A stretch of DNA of 63,449 bases, counting the filler, from Octopus bimaculoides (lineage: Eukaryota): NCBI RefSeq assembly GCF_001194135.2. It is 7 parts of 6 records of this genome, joined end to end, with 100 filler letters (N's around TTAATTAATTAA, not from the genome) between each part and the next. Parts side by side here need not be neighbours in the genome. Positions count along the whole stretch, not along the records: positions 25,629 to 33,578 come from NC_068985.1; positions 33,679 to 39,655 come from NC_068987.1; 5 more parts are not named here. One strand, 5' to 3'. A model generated the notes under the pieces. That model searched no databases and was not told the DNA's origin. It worked only from the letters and a program-made list of their open reading frames with translations. Made by a program: the position numbers and the translations under genes. Shown here piece after piece: positions 25,770-37,700 of the stretch. The stretch's first letter is position 1. Every line of letters begins with the position of its first letter.

Positions 25770-26537
25770 CACTGCTTCTTCAGAAAAAAAAGTTAGTAAT
25801 ATCTTTTAATAATCCTGTTCATATAATACCAAATTAATAGTTTCTGTTTCGATAAAGCTTTACCAATTTGTTTTTGATTTTTAATAGATTTTAAAATATT
25901 TTTTGCTTATTGGTTGAAAGAAACAAAGTGAGTGTCGATTTTGGAGATTTTTTTTTCCTTAAAAACTTGAAAAATGAAATAGGAGGGAAGAAAATTTTAA
26001 ATAATTGGGGTTCTTGGATATGAATGATCTTTACAAAGTATCTTTTACAAGCATTTAGCTTACGTTTCATATAAAAAGTATTTCATGCAATATATTTTTA
26101 GGTTTCTTTGCTAGAGTGTAGTTGGGTCTCAAGAGGGGAGGTACAAACCTAGCAATATGTTTTTTATAATGAAAACAAAATTTCCATTCAAATGGCAATT
26201 ATCGGACGATTTCTGTCCAAGTTTGACCGTTTTGAGTCGTATTGGAAACGCGACCTATGTCGCAAGTAGGCATACGTATATTGTATAAATTTTATAATTG
26301 AAAAATTTGCTATATTTTGTACATACGAGTATATCAGTCTACGGGCGCAATAAAATGGACTCTCGAGTGCGATTGCGCTTCGGGTTGTGGCTTCCCCATC
26401 CCTACTTTATGGGAAGCACTCAATTTCAATACTTCAAACAGCTCATGTGTTGAGAAAAGTGTCGAGTCTTTAAGCTACAGTATGGAGCTGAGACGTAACA
26501 TAGGTAATTCAGGAGAATTTGGGATAATAATAATAAT

Positions 26538-26730
26538 AATCCTTTCTAATGGAAGCACAACGCCTGAAATTTGGGGAAAGGGATTAAGTCGATTACATCG
26601 ACTCCAGTGCATGACTGGTACTAATTTTACCGACCTCGAAAGGATGAAAGGTGAAGTCAACCTCGGCGGAATTTGAACTCAGAACATAACGGCAGACGAA
26701 ATATCGCTTAGCATTTTGCCCGCCGCCCTA
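26538..26730 (-). mobile_element. SINE family A, downstream of CYP exon 4
   Basis: Reverse complement of the 7443-7660 family, 5' truncated. Confidence 0.8.
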
Positions 26731-26745
26731 ATAATGATGATGATG

Positions 26746-26777
<32 letters not shown>

Positions 26778-26868
26778 GATGAGGAGGAGACTGATGATGA
26801 TTGTGATGATGATATTAAAAATAATGTGAACATAAGGTAGGTTGACAGCAATTTGGATATGACTTTAC

Positions 26869-27059
26869 CTGTTATAGTATCCAATGCAAAATTTGTAATA
26901 TGCGGGCGAATATTGAATTCTCCCTTACCGACCATTTTGTCCAGTTTCTCACATAGTATATTTGATTGGTTCTGCATAACAATTAGGAAATTGTTTAAGA
27001 TATTATAATGGAAGGATGGCGTCAACATCTTCCTCGATTTGAACCATTTTGATCCTGTA
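26869..27059 (-). CDS. CYP4V: CYP4V-like cytochrome P450, exon 4 (191 bp, phase 2 to 1)
   Basis: TTTTCAG|T ACA GGA... = (S)TGSKWFKSRKMLTPSFHYNILNNFLIVMQNQSNILCEKLDKMVGKGEFNIRPHITNFALDTIT then G|GTAAAG. WxxxR helix-C motif and CYP4 RKMLTPxFH signature. Confidence 0.95.
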
Positions 27060-27384
27060 CTGAAAATAGCAATCAGAGAATAACATTTGAATATTTCATT
27101 ATTAATTTTAAGGAAGTTTTATGAATAGTTATTTTTTCGAGAAATAAAATAACAAGAACTGGAAAATGAAATCCATAAGTAGTAGTTACTTTTGTTATTG
27201 ATGTTCTAGTTTTCGTTAACCCCCCGCCCTGTCAGCTCTGATTAAGTAGAGTCATGGCCAAAGGTATTCAAGCGTTGATCAAACAATTTGGTTTTAAGGA
27301 CTCCTAACTTCAAGCTCGACTTGCCTAACTTGCTTGTCCTTACATTTGTTCCTTTGTATATATGTATGTATGTATGTATTTGAG

Positions 27385-27566
27385 TTGGTTCCCTCATCAC
27401 TTGACAACCGGTGTTGATTTGTTTACGTGTCTGTAAGTTAGAAGTTTGGCAGAAAAGATTGGTATAATAAGTACTCGGCTTACAAACAAGTTCTGAAGTC
27501 AACTTGTTCGATTAAACCCTCCAAGATGGTGCCCCTGCATGACCACAATCAAATAAGTAAAAATAA
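27385..27566 (+). mobile_element. SINE family B/C 3' half, ending about 10 nt from the CYP exon 3 donor
   Basis: CATCACTTGACAACCGGTGTTG...GTACTCGGCTTAC; diverged inverse of 28902-29100. Confidence 0.75.
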
Positions 27567-27576
27567 AGATACATAC

Positions 27577-27662
27577 CTTGTGAGCAGACCATTTCCTAGC
27601 CAGGGTGCTAACAATTTATAGAAGAAACTTTTTTCTATATGTTTCGTATTGCCGATTACATC
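27577..27662 (-). CDS. CYP4V: CYP4V-like cytochrome P450, exon 3 (86 bp, phase 0 to 2)
   Basis: TTTCAG|DVIGNTKHIEKSFFYKLLAPWLGNGLLT(S) AG|GTATGT; CYP4 PWLGxGLLTS motif. Not in the ORF track. Confidence 0.95.
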
Positions 27663-27936
27663 CTGAAACGATAAATCATTTATATATATAATTAGTTAAA
27701 ATAATCGGAAACACGTATATGTTGTATAATATCTAGTATTGACTAAATATGTTAGTTAACAGCTTATATAAAATATCTGGTATTGACTAAGCACAAAATG
27801 TTGATATGTCCAATTCAAAACTAAGTAATCATAAAACTTGCCATAATGGCTTAAACGAATTAAAAGTAGAAAATCCGCGAACTGACAGATAATGCCCTTA
27901 GCAGTAAGTATTGCACTTATATCATTAAAGGTAATA

Positions 27937-28375
27937 ACTGATTTCAAATTTTGGTGCAAGTTTAGCAATTTCGATGCTGGGGCTAAGTCCATTACATAGA
28001 CTCCAGTAATCAAGAAGTATTTATTTTATCGACCCTGAAAAGATAAAAGGCAAAGTCGACCTCAGCGGAACGTAAAGGCCGACGAAATGCCGCTCAGTAT
28101 TTTGCCCGCTCAGCGTCACAACGATTCTGTTAGCTCATCCCATTATTAATGCTAATAAAATTGGCTTCAAATTTTGGCACAAGGCCAACAATTACGGCTG
28201 ACATTGTAAGTTGATGACATCGACCCTAGTACTCAACTGGTACTTATTTTATTGACCCCGAAAGGATGAAAGATAAAGTCGACCACATCGGAATTTGAAC
28301 TCGGAACATAAAGACGGACGAAATGAAGCTAAATATTTTTTTTCCGGCGAGGCAACGATTCTGCCAGCTCGCCAA
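27937..28375 (-). mobile_element. Two tandem family A SINEs (about 27937-28141 and 28160-28375)
   Basis: Both contain AAAGTCGACC and CGAAATG, reverse complements of the family A motifs. Confidence 0.8.
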
Positions 28376-28901
28376 CTTAAAAGAGTCATATTATTATTTA
28401 TCTTTATCACAGGATTTGTTGGAGCTCCTGGATACTTGCCTGCAGTCCAATGCTTTCTGGGTTTAAATCACGCAAAGACCTACCTTACGGGAGCGTAAAG
28501 ACACCAACACCACTTATCAAGCAGACAGGTGGAGATGCAGACACAAAGACACATACACACATAAATACGTATACATATATAGATATCCTAACCCTAATCG
28601 ATCGCTCGGTTTAAAACAACCTCCAAGGAACTTAGGTGTCTGGAATGGAGTTCACTCTGTTGCAAGCGTTCGAACTGGTTTTCCAGTTTGAGAATATTTT
28701 TAACCCTCACCACCTCGCTTTCGTTGACTCTGTAAAGGCTCATAGGCACTGCCCTTCCCGCTCAAGTAAATGCAGAGAAAGATCCCACATTGTTTTGCTT
28801 TTACTTAGAGACGGTTCTAGAACTACCTCAAAATGTACGGAGAGGTATGCTTAAACTAAGAGCACTGATAAAATAGGTGCACACTCAGATTTCTGTCCTG
28901 C

Positions 28902-29291
28902 ACTTACTCTTTTACTTGTTTCAGTCATTTGACTGCAGCCATGCTGGAGCACCGCCTTTTAGTCGAGCAAATCGACCCCAGGACTTATTCTTTGTAAGCC
29001 TAGTATTTATTCTATCGGTCTCTTTTGCCGAACCGCTAAATTACGGGGACGTAAACACACCAGCATCGGTTGTCAAGCGATGTTGGGGGGACAAACACAG
29101 ATACACACACACACATATATATATACATATATACGATGGGCTTCTTTCAGTTTCCGTCTACCAAATCCACTCACAAGGCTTTGGTCGGCCCGAAGCTATA
29201 GTAGAAGACACTTGCCCAAGGTGCCAGGCAGTGGGACTGAACCGGAGCCATGTGGTTGGTAAGCAAGCTACTTACCACATACTCCTGCGCC
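28902..29291 (-). mobile_element. Complete SINE family B/C with internal (TA)/(TG) microsatellite
   Basis: Minus strand: tRNA-like head GGCGCAGGAGT..GTGGTAAGTAGCTTGC, microsatellite, 3' half ending GACTGAAACAAGTAAAAGAG. Confidence 0.9.
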
Positions 29292-29713
29292 TTCTTGTGG
29301 AATAAAGAAGTCAATGACTAATATTAATCATATTATTTTGTTCATCATTATATTATTTTATTGTTATTCAGCTTTTTGAAGTCTCCTGCATTCAAAACGC
29401 TAACATGGACTTTATGTATAGCTTTTGTTGGTGTTCAGTCCCACCATGCCGGCTCTGATTAAGCAGACCCGTGAACAATGACGTTACCACATTATGTTAT
29501 CTAATGTAGATTGTTAGAATTTCGTAGAACGAGGTTTGAGTGAGCTTTGTCTGCTATTTCTAGCTGGCCGAGTGGTTATATAGGTCCTTCGTTGGCTCAG
29601 CTATTCATTTAAGCAGATGGTGTTTATCAGAATTTTCCTGGTTAATGTTACCTATGGCAACATGAGCAATCATTTCCTCCAATGATAACAGCATTAATTA
29701 TAAAATCACTTAC

Positions 29714-29826
29714 ATGCACGTATTTATCTTTGAAGACTAGAACGACTGGCTGGAAACCGAACCAGAGGCACAACAGACCATGTTCCCGATGTTCTTCAAC
29801 GGATTTCATGATACACTTATAAAAGT
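29714..29826 (-). CDS. CYP4V: CYP4V-like cytochrome P450, exon 2 (113 bp, phase 1 to 0)
   Basis: TTTCAG|(D)FYKCIMKSVEEHREHGLLCLWFGFQPVVLVFKDKYVH|GTAAGT; aligns by eye to human CYP4V2 [38 protein letters not shown]. Confidence 0.92.
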
Positions 29827-29905
29827 CTGAAACAGATTGGTTAAAAACAAGAAAAGTTCGCTTTGAAAATGTAAACCTGCTGAAAAATTAAACTTTAAAC
29901 TTTAA

Positions 29906-30199
29906 CCCATTACCTCCCATAATTCTATGAACTGGAATTTTTTTTTATGAAACTTTGATTTCTAGCATAAAACAGCCTTAGAAACACGCTGGAATGATCA
30001 AAATAATATATTTCAAAATAACATTTTAAATAGAAATAAGCGAGATATTGGGTGAAAAATTAGCAAACCTCATTTGAATATCAGAGAAATATACCTAGTA
30101 GATATAGCAAAAAGGTTAGCTATGTGTAAATATTGACAAATAATTACGAAATTTGTAATTTTTAAGTGATCTCATATGAGATCACTGGTAGGTAATGGG
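29906..30199. mobile_element. piggyBac-type MITE in CYP intron 1
   Basis: TTAA (29902-29905), then CCCATTACCTCCCA ... TGGTAGGTAATGGG, then TTAA (30200-30203): TTAA TSD and 14-bp TIR with one mismatch. Confidence 0.85.
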
Positions 30200-31329
30200 T
30201 TAATCCAACTAAACTTCTTATGGTTAAGGAGTTGCGTCCAGGAGTGAAACATTTTGTGTAGCGAAAGACGAGTACCTTGAGTAGGTTTTGTGGGGTGGGT
30301 GGGTAGATGCAACAAGAAGCTGAAGCCATTGAAATAGCATAAATCTAGGCAGATCGAAGAGACAAAAAGTGTATGTGTTAGATGTTGTAGATTAATTGAT
30401 GAGTCATAGTCAGAACATAAGTCGCTTTTGTATGATTGTTTGTATAGCAATAGCGCTGTCCCAGATACGAGAAAAAAAAACAAACAAGTATTGTGTAAAA
30501 GGCCAACAACAACAAAAAAAAAACTGAATTAATGTAAATTTGTGTCCCAGAAAACATTTACTTTTATTGATAACAACAAGGTTAAGTGGAAACTGATGAC
30601 CAAAAAAAAAAGTGGAGGGAGATAAACTAATATTGGTTTGAAATTTTGGCACAAGGCCACCAAAGATAAACTAATATTGTGAGATAGGTACATCAATATT
30701 TACTTTGTTGATTGATAACCCCAACAGTCTATTACCACCGCAACGCGATATCTAGTAAAATGTCTATTAAATTACATGCTGCCCACAAAAACACTGAATA
30801 GTGGTTTTACGAAGTTATATACAATCTGTAAAATATTGAGTGTAGTTTCTATCAATTTTTATGCAAACCACAATTATTATATAGAATTGCAGAACCATTG
30901 CATCGCATAAATTTATATATTGCCCACAAAATACGTTAATGCAATATTTTGGAAACTTTTTAAGGATTTATGAAAGAAATAGGGTAACTGCATAAATCAT
31001 TTGAATTTATAATTTATTTGTTGCATTCTAACATTGTTACTAGATAATGGGTATGTAAGATGAGCAACGAAAATCTTTCTCAATTTCTATACAGCCATCT
31101 TGAAAGAGGAAAAGGCGCATTGGACAATGCATTCCGAGGCATGTAAAAGAGATGGAATAGTCACTCTTTTTATCATAGCTTATATCCATCGAGGTTCAGC
31201 GAGGGCTAAATATCAACACCATGAACAACAACTACAGATATCACACCAGTAAGAAATCGTGTACGTGGACGCTTGACCCTCAAAAATTGCAGCCAAATCT
31301 AGATGAGATACTACCTATGGTTAAATAGG

Positions 31330-31699
31330 TGTGTGTTAGCACTCCATCGCTTACGACGTCGAGGGTTCCAGTTGATCCGATCAACGGAACAGCTTGCTCG
31401 TGAAATTAACGTACAAGTGGCTGAGCACTCCACAGACACGTGTACCCTTAACGTAGTTCTCGGGGATATTCAGCGTGACACAGTGTATGACAAGGCTGAC
31501 CCTTTGAATTACAGGCACAACAGAAACAGGAAGTAAGAGTGAGAGAAAGTTGTGGTAAAAGAGTACAGCAGGGTTCACCACCATCCCCTGCCGGAGCCTC
31601 GTGGAGCTTTAGGTGTTTTCGCTCAATAAACACTCACAACGCCCGGTCTGGGAATCGAAACCGCGATCCGCTGCCCTAACCACTGGGCCATTGCGCCTC
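31330..31699 (-). mobile_element. tRNA-derived SINE, family D
   Basis: Minus strand GGAGGCGCAATGGCCCAGTGGTTAGGGCAGCGG...GGTTTCGATTCCCAGACC; 3' end shared with 3920-4215. Confidence 0.85.
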
Positions 31700-32831
31700 C
31701 ACTACCACCTTATTACCCATGAATCAAAAACAAAAATTACACAAGCCACCAGTAACAATAAACTATCCACAGATAACATTCTAGTTACCGTCGATTTCAG
31801 TTAATAATTCCATTCCCTGATATACACTCATACAAGCATACTCAAAGAAATCTTAAGAAGCAACACAAAATGCTCGGTAAAAAACGACCTGTTAGGAACA
31901 CCTTCCAAGCTTATTTCATGTGCAAGAACACTATTTCCAGAACTTGCAATTTTCCGAATACAGTACTCCAGAAACCTGTCTCACCCATCGAAGTTTTTCA
32001 AATTATACATACACAACCCTTCGACACCTCCACAAAACACTCATACAGCATCATATCCAGATAACATCTCACATACACACATCCTCCGGACAAATGTCTC
32101 CAAATCACTTCAATGCAACATAAATCCCTTTACAATGCGTACAGAAATGGACAGGTAAGAGAGCGAAACATTGTCCTGGCTCTGACAGGACGTCAGAATG
32201 TGCTGTATGGTATTTAGCTAAGTGAAGACAGCGACTATCTGGGATTACAAATCAGGGAATTACATTCTGTCTTTCACCGAGTGCCTGAGTACCATGGATT
32301 AACCCTATTTAACGTTTCAGTAACCCACATGCCACAAAACAAACACTAACTGATGAATTTCGACTCTGAAACAAGGGTTAGCTTATTACATTGAATAAGG
32401 TTGGATTCCATTGTATGTCCTCTCTACAGCACTTACATCACCTGAAAATGAAGAAGCCTCTACTTGAATGACCTGCTAAAAATGGTAGCCGAGTCACCAC
32501 CCTGGTATACTTTACTATCTTTATAATTGGAAAAAGCAGAGAGAGTAACGCAGTCCTAGATTTGCAGTACCTGAGAGAAGGATGGAGTATTCTTTAATGG
32601 TAGGCTTACTCATTCAGCACTGATTCTGGTGGGGTGGGGAGTCAATTGTCAACAGCAGCAGCAGCCGCAGCAGCAACGACAACAACAACACAGCATCATT
32701 AAAAAAAACATCAACACACCCATCAACAGCATCAACAAGAACAAAAATACACTTCCCGAAGATAGGAGTGTTAGATCATGCACATTTGACATAGCGTACA
32801 CATTCAATGGGTTAAAATGAGAAACACCAAC

Positions 32832-32988
32832 CTCTGTTATTTCCGACCATTTTTGGTGTATCACCGATTATATGCCAACTCTTCATGCATGGTAGATGTC
32901 TGCAATCCGACAGTAATTTCATATACTTTCGTAGAAGATTTAGAAAACACCCGAGAACTATGAACGTTACTAAAACGCCAGCGAACAT
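32832..32988 (-). CDS. CYP4V: CYP4V-like cytochrome P450, exon 1 coding part (157 bp)
   Basis: ATG in GCTAACATG with an in-frame TGA upstream. MFAGVLVTFIVLGCFLNLLRKYMKLLSDCRHLPCMKSWHIIGDTPKMVGNNR then G|GTTGGT: signal anchor, basic stop-transfer residues, hinge. Phase 1 joins exon 2. Confidence 0.85.
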
Positions 32989-34099
32989 GTTAGCAACTTG
33001 TCACACTGTTAACTGAAGTGACAATAAGATTGAGGTCAGAATCCAAATATTTTCCCCAGAAATGTAGGCATTGAAATATTACATGAAGTAGAACAGATCC
33101 CACTCTTTCTATCTCTACTTTACATGAGGAAGTATGTTAAACATATAGCTATTTCTGTCACTGCTGTTGCTTTTGTCAGGTTTTAGCCTCGATATCAGTT
33201 ACATAGATACATAGATGTCCAGCTAAATTTAAAAACATTTTTGTTCTTATTCCCACGTCCATGTTTGCATGTATGTAATTACATATGCAGAGAGTACGTC
33301 TATATATATATATATATTATTATTATTATTACAATTAAAAGGGTAAAGGATTATCAATGTATTAATAATTGATAATTTTTACCAAGCCCTTCGGTATGTA
33401 AGCACCATTATCGGTGCGGAACTTACTTAAAAGTTCTTATACATTTATAAACAAAATTAAGGGATCAGCAAACAGGTTGCTTCACCACATACCGAAGTTC
33501 AGAAATAACAGCTAAAAATGCTGAAACTCAGCATTTTTAGCTGCTATTTCTGAACTTCGGTATGTGGTGAAGCAACCTNNNNNNNNNNNNNNNNNNNNNN
33601 NNNNNNNNNNNNNNNNNNNNNNTTAATTAATTAANNNNNNNNNNNNNNNNNNNNNNNNNNNNNNNNNNNNNNNNNNNNACAGATATATACATATCATATA
33701 CACACATGCAATCGTACGCGCGTGCATTCACACAAACATACATACATAGACCATCACGGCTGCACATATACAATCGCACATAAACACACAGTAGTATACA
33801 CATACATACACTCATACTCACTAACACACACACACACACACATAAACGCGCGCGCGCACCCGCACGTACACACGTGCATCCATCGTTTCTCACTAGTTCT
33901 AACAATGACGCTGCAGTCTATACATTTTCGACAAGTTTGTTAGTGTAGAACTGGTAATAAATGTCTTGTCCCATCTAATACAAACAGGCCAACGGTGGAA
34001 TGGTTGGGTGTAAATCATCAAACTCTATAGAACTGGTTGGTTATTCTCACTTCGCTGAGAATTTATTGCTTTGCGATTATAGCTGAGATATATATACGT

Positions 34100-34136
34100 A
34101 CATACATATATACATACATTCATACATGCATATATA

Positions 34137-34177
<41 letters not shown>

Positions 34178-34388
34178 ATATTTACATAATATGTATGCAT
34201 ATATGTATATATATGTACCTATATACATACATTTATATATCTGTGTGTATACGTGCATACGTATATGTGTATTACCTCGTGGGCATCGGTACCATTTTCC
34301 TCTTTCTCCGTTCTTCCATTCTCCGAACTTTCCATCTTTCCGACGAAGGGCTACGCCCGAAACGTCATACACTCTCTCTTTCCTTTCC

Positions 34389-34425
<37 letters not shown>

Positions 34426-34622
34426 TGTGTGTGTACATGCGTGTGTGTGTGTGCGTGTGCGTATGTGTGTGTATGCATATAAATGTATATATATATATGT
34501 GTGTGTGTGTGTGTGAATACATATATGTACGCATACATACATATAAATACCTGTGTGTGTATAGGATGACAGATGGCTCTCTATATGTTATATATACACG
34601 TGCATATGTATATATGCATATG

Positions 34623-34711
<89 letters not shown>

Positions 34712-34770
34712 TCACGCATATGTATATTTGTGCATGTATGTATATGTATCTATGTGTGTGTGTATAGAGA
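34100..34770. repeat. Microsatellite-dense block: (GT)n, (TA)n, (GA)n around a short Penelope-like end
   Basis: Directly visible; source of several overlapping spurious ORFs. Confidence 0.9.
34334..34370 (+). ncRNA. Minimal hammerhead-like motif (third family), U4-to-C change and weak stem I
   Basis: CCGACGA-A-GGGC-TAC-GCCC-GAAAC-GTC. Confidence 0.5.
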
Positions 34771-37700
34771 GACTTTCTGAAAGTCGACAACCAAAACACA
34801 GTTTCATTTTAACTTCGATATAAACTCGGGAGACAAATTTTTTCGTAGACGTAAATAGTTTTCCTTTTCCTTCTCTTTCATAGTATATCTTTCTTGTTGC
34901 TTTCGTTATTCTCTTTTATTTTCTTTCTTTCTTTCTTCCTTTCTTTTTTCTTTACGTATCTCTATTTTCTTTTTTTGTCTTTTTGTTTCACTTTCGTTTT
35001 TCTCTCGTTGAACCAGCGTCTGATAGTATGTGTTTCTATGGAAACAGTAAGTTTTAGTGTGACTTTTTATTACATACTTCTTTAACGCCGAAGGTTTACT
35101 TACAAAAGATAACGTATTATTGCTCCCATTTTGTTTTCACTTTTTGTTTTTGTTTTTGCATGTTGCAACATTAAAAGTAACCGATTATCACCGTATAAAC
35201 TGCATAAGGTTTTTATTGCGTACATTCTCAATACTAGTGGCATCTAGTGATGATTTCCAACGATCTCGGATTTACTGAGGGAGGAATGACCTGACAAATG
35301 GTGGATGAAGCCACCAAAAGATTAAATATACACATAAACATATGTAAATTTAACTTGTGTTTCATTAACTCCTGTTTCATTGTTCTTGTGTTTTATGGTC
35401 TATGCAGATAAACGAAAACCCTAGCATCTTTTAGAAGCTAACATTCTAAGTTTTACAAAATAAAAGATAACATTAAAAGCCTATGTTGTGTTTCATGTGA
35501 GTTTGGCGCTTAAATTTTTCTTTTTTTTAAAATTTTTCATCTCTTCTTTTCCCAACAGTTAACTGTAAAGGGGGAAAATAGAAAGTATATTGCGGTTTAT
35601 TCAGTATCCAATATCTATCTATCTATATATANNNNNNNNNNNNNNNNNNNNNNNNNNNNNNNNNNNNNNNNNNNNNNNNNNNNNNNNNNNNNNNNNNNNN
35701 NNNNNNNNNNNNNNNNNNNNNNNNNNNNNNNNNNNNNNNNNNNNNNNNNNNNNNNNNNNNNNNNNNNNNNNNNNNNNNNNNNNNNNNNNNNNNNNNNNNN
35801 NNNNNNNNNNNNNNNNNNNNNNNNNNNNNNNNNNNNNNNNNNNNNNNNNNNNNNNNNNNNNNNNNNNNNNNNNNNNNNNNNNNNNNNNNNNNNNNNNNNN
35901 NNNNNNNNNNNNNNNNNNNNNNNNNNNNNNNNNNNNNNNNNNNNNNNNNNNNNNNNNNNNNNNNNNNNNNNNNNNNNNNNNNNNNNNNNNNNNNNNNNNN
36001 NNNNNNNNNNNNNNNNNNNNNNNNNNNNNNNNNNNNNNNNNNNNNNNNNNNNNNNNNNNNNNNNNNNNNNNNNNNNNNNNNNNNNNNNNNNNNNNNNNNN
36101 NNNNNNNNNNNNNNNNNNNNNNTATATATATATATATATATATGTCTTTCTTTACCTTTCGCTTATTTCTCTATTTCTTTCTCCTTTCGACTCTCCTTTC
36201 CCGTTTTGCACTTTCTCACTTCCTCTCCTATTCCTCCTACCTTACTCACCTCTCTATCTTCCCTCTTTCCGTTTCTTCTCTTTTTTTTTCTCTTTCTTAG
36301 TTATTCCCCATTAATTCACTTCGGCAGTGCCTGAAAAGAAAACGATATTAAAAATTATGATGGTATGACATAAGATCTTAAATTTATAGGAGAGTAGTTA
36401 TGAAATAGTTTGTTGTGCCATCATATGCAGAATGAAATGAGTTATAACCGAGAATTAAATTCGAGACGTGAATGCTTCTTGCTGAATTCTTACTAGATAT
36501 TCTTCAAATTCTCACCATATTTCCTCCTATATTATCCCTCTGACATTGATATTCACTAAACGTTTGTTTTATTGATTCATTTGCTTCCTGAAATATGTGC
36601 GGACCAAGAGAGACACCATTATTTTGAAGCAGATATTTCGTCTTATTTTTTTTCCTTAATCTATCACAGACGATAATTTCAACGAAGTTAATAATTCAGT
36701 ATATGCATTTAGTTCGTTTTACTGGCTCCCATCATCATTACAAAAAAAAATGTAAATATAAATATTCAGTAGATTATATTTTCCTTTATTTATTTTTTAT
36801 CTTCATTTTTAAAATTTTTTTGTTCTTAAAACTAGGCAGTACATTTTCAATTACTCCAGTAATTCAGCTTTGGACTTCCGTTTTACGATAAAATTATACA
36901 TTTTAAGAACTTTTTATGATAATTTAATAAAAGCGTTATCTAAACAATGTTAGATTTTTCCTCACACGCATTTTTCCTTCCGTTATTCTGCTATTCCACT
37001 ATTCCCACTCGTGTCTTTTAGGGGAAAATGAAACAAGAGACATCAGTATTAAAGTTTTATTATGAATTATTCATTTCTTTAAGAATTTACACAACACACA
37101 CGTCACACGTAAGCACAGATACACATAAACAATCTGCAAATATCTGATATGACAGAAAGAGAAATAATAGCAAAACAATTTACATGTTTATGTGAACAAA
37201 GTGAATTAATGAATCGTTTTAAACTTGACTAACAAAAGTTAAGTGTCGATAGAAAGGCCAACTACAAAAACGAGCGATAGAGTTTCACATTCTGTCACCG
37301 ATGTTTGTCTGTCTTCATGACTGAAGTAACGTTCAACAGACCAGACTAAGCTAGTAAATAGCTAAGATCAGCACAGCATCCAGCTGTAAACAGATGTCGT
37401 TGTAAATAGTAATTGTTTTATAAAATTGGGGAAAGTTTCAGTATCTTCCTGCTAGACGGGCTCCAGTTCCAATCAAAACAAGATTGCTTATTCGATTCAT
37501 CGGTATCATTTCGCTGTGTCGTAACAAGCCGCCTGAGAATGCTTAATAATTTGTTTTCTGCATAACCACGACATCTCATAAAGTAAGGTCAGTGAAAAGA
37601 GCTATTGCTCCTTCATATATCGGTAAGTTGTCTAAATCGGTCTTTAGGAAATGGTCGATTTAGGATGATTGGGATATAGCCTTGCTCAACTGCCATCTTA

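Noticed and set aside
26340-26410. Minus-strand GMGKPQPEAQSHS resembling TAMGKNIGAQS
   Set aside because: No convincing acceptor and the frame hits TGA before a donor.
28630-28860. Possible LINE ORF1 fragment on the minus strand (also possible retroelement debris at 31800-32150 and 37400-37960)
   Set aside because: No diagnostic motif recognisable without a database search.
34025-34823. YI/VC/HT-rich ORFs here and at 282-734, 22813-23550, 44499-45214 and 60971-62856
   Set aside because: Translations of dinucleotide and tetranucleotide microsatellites.
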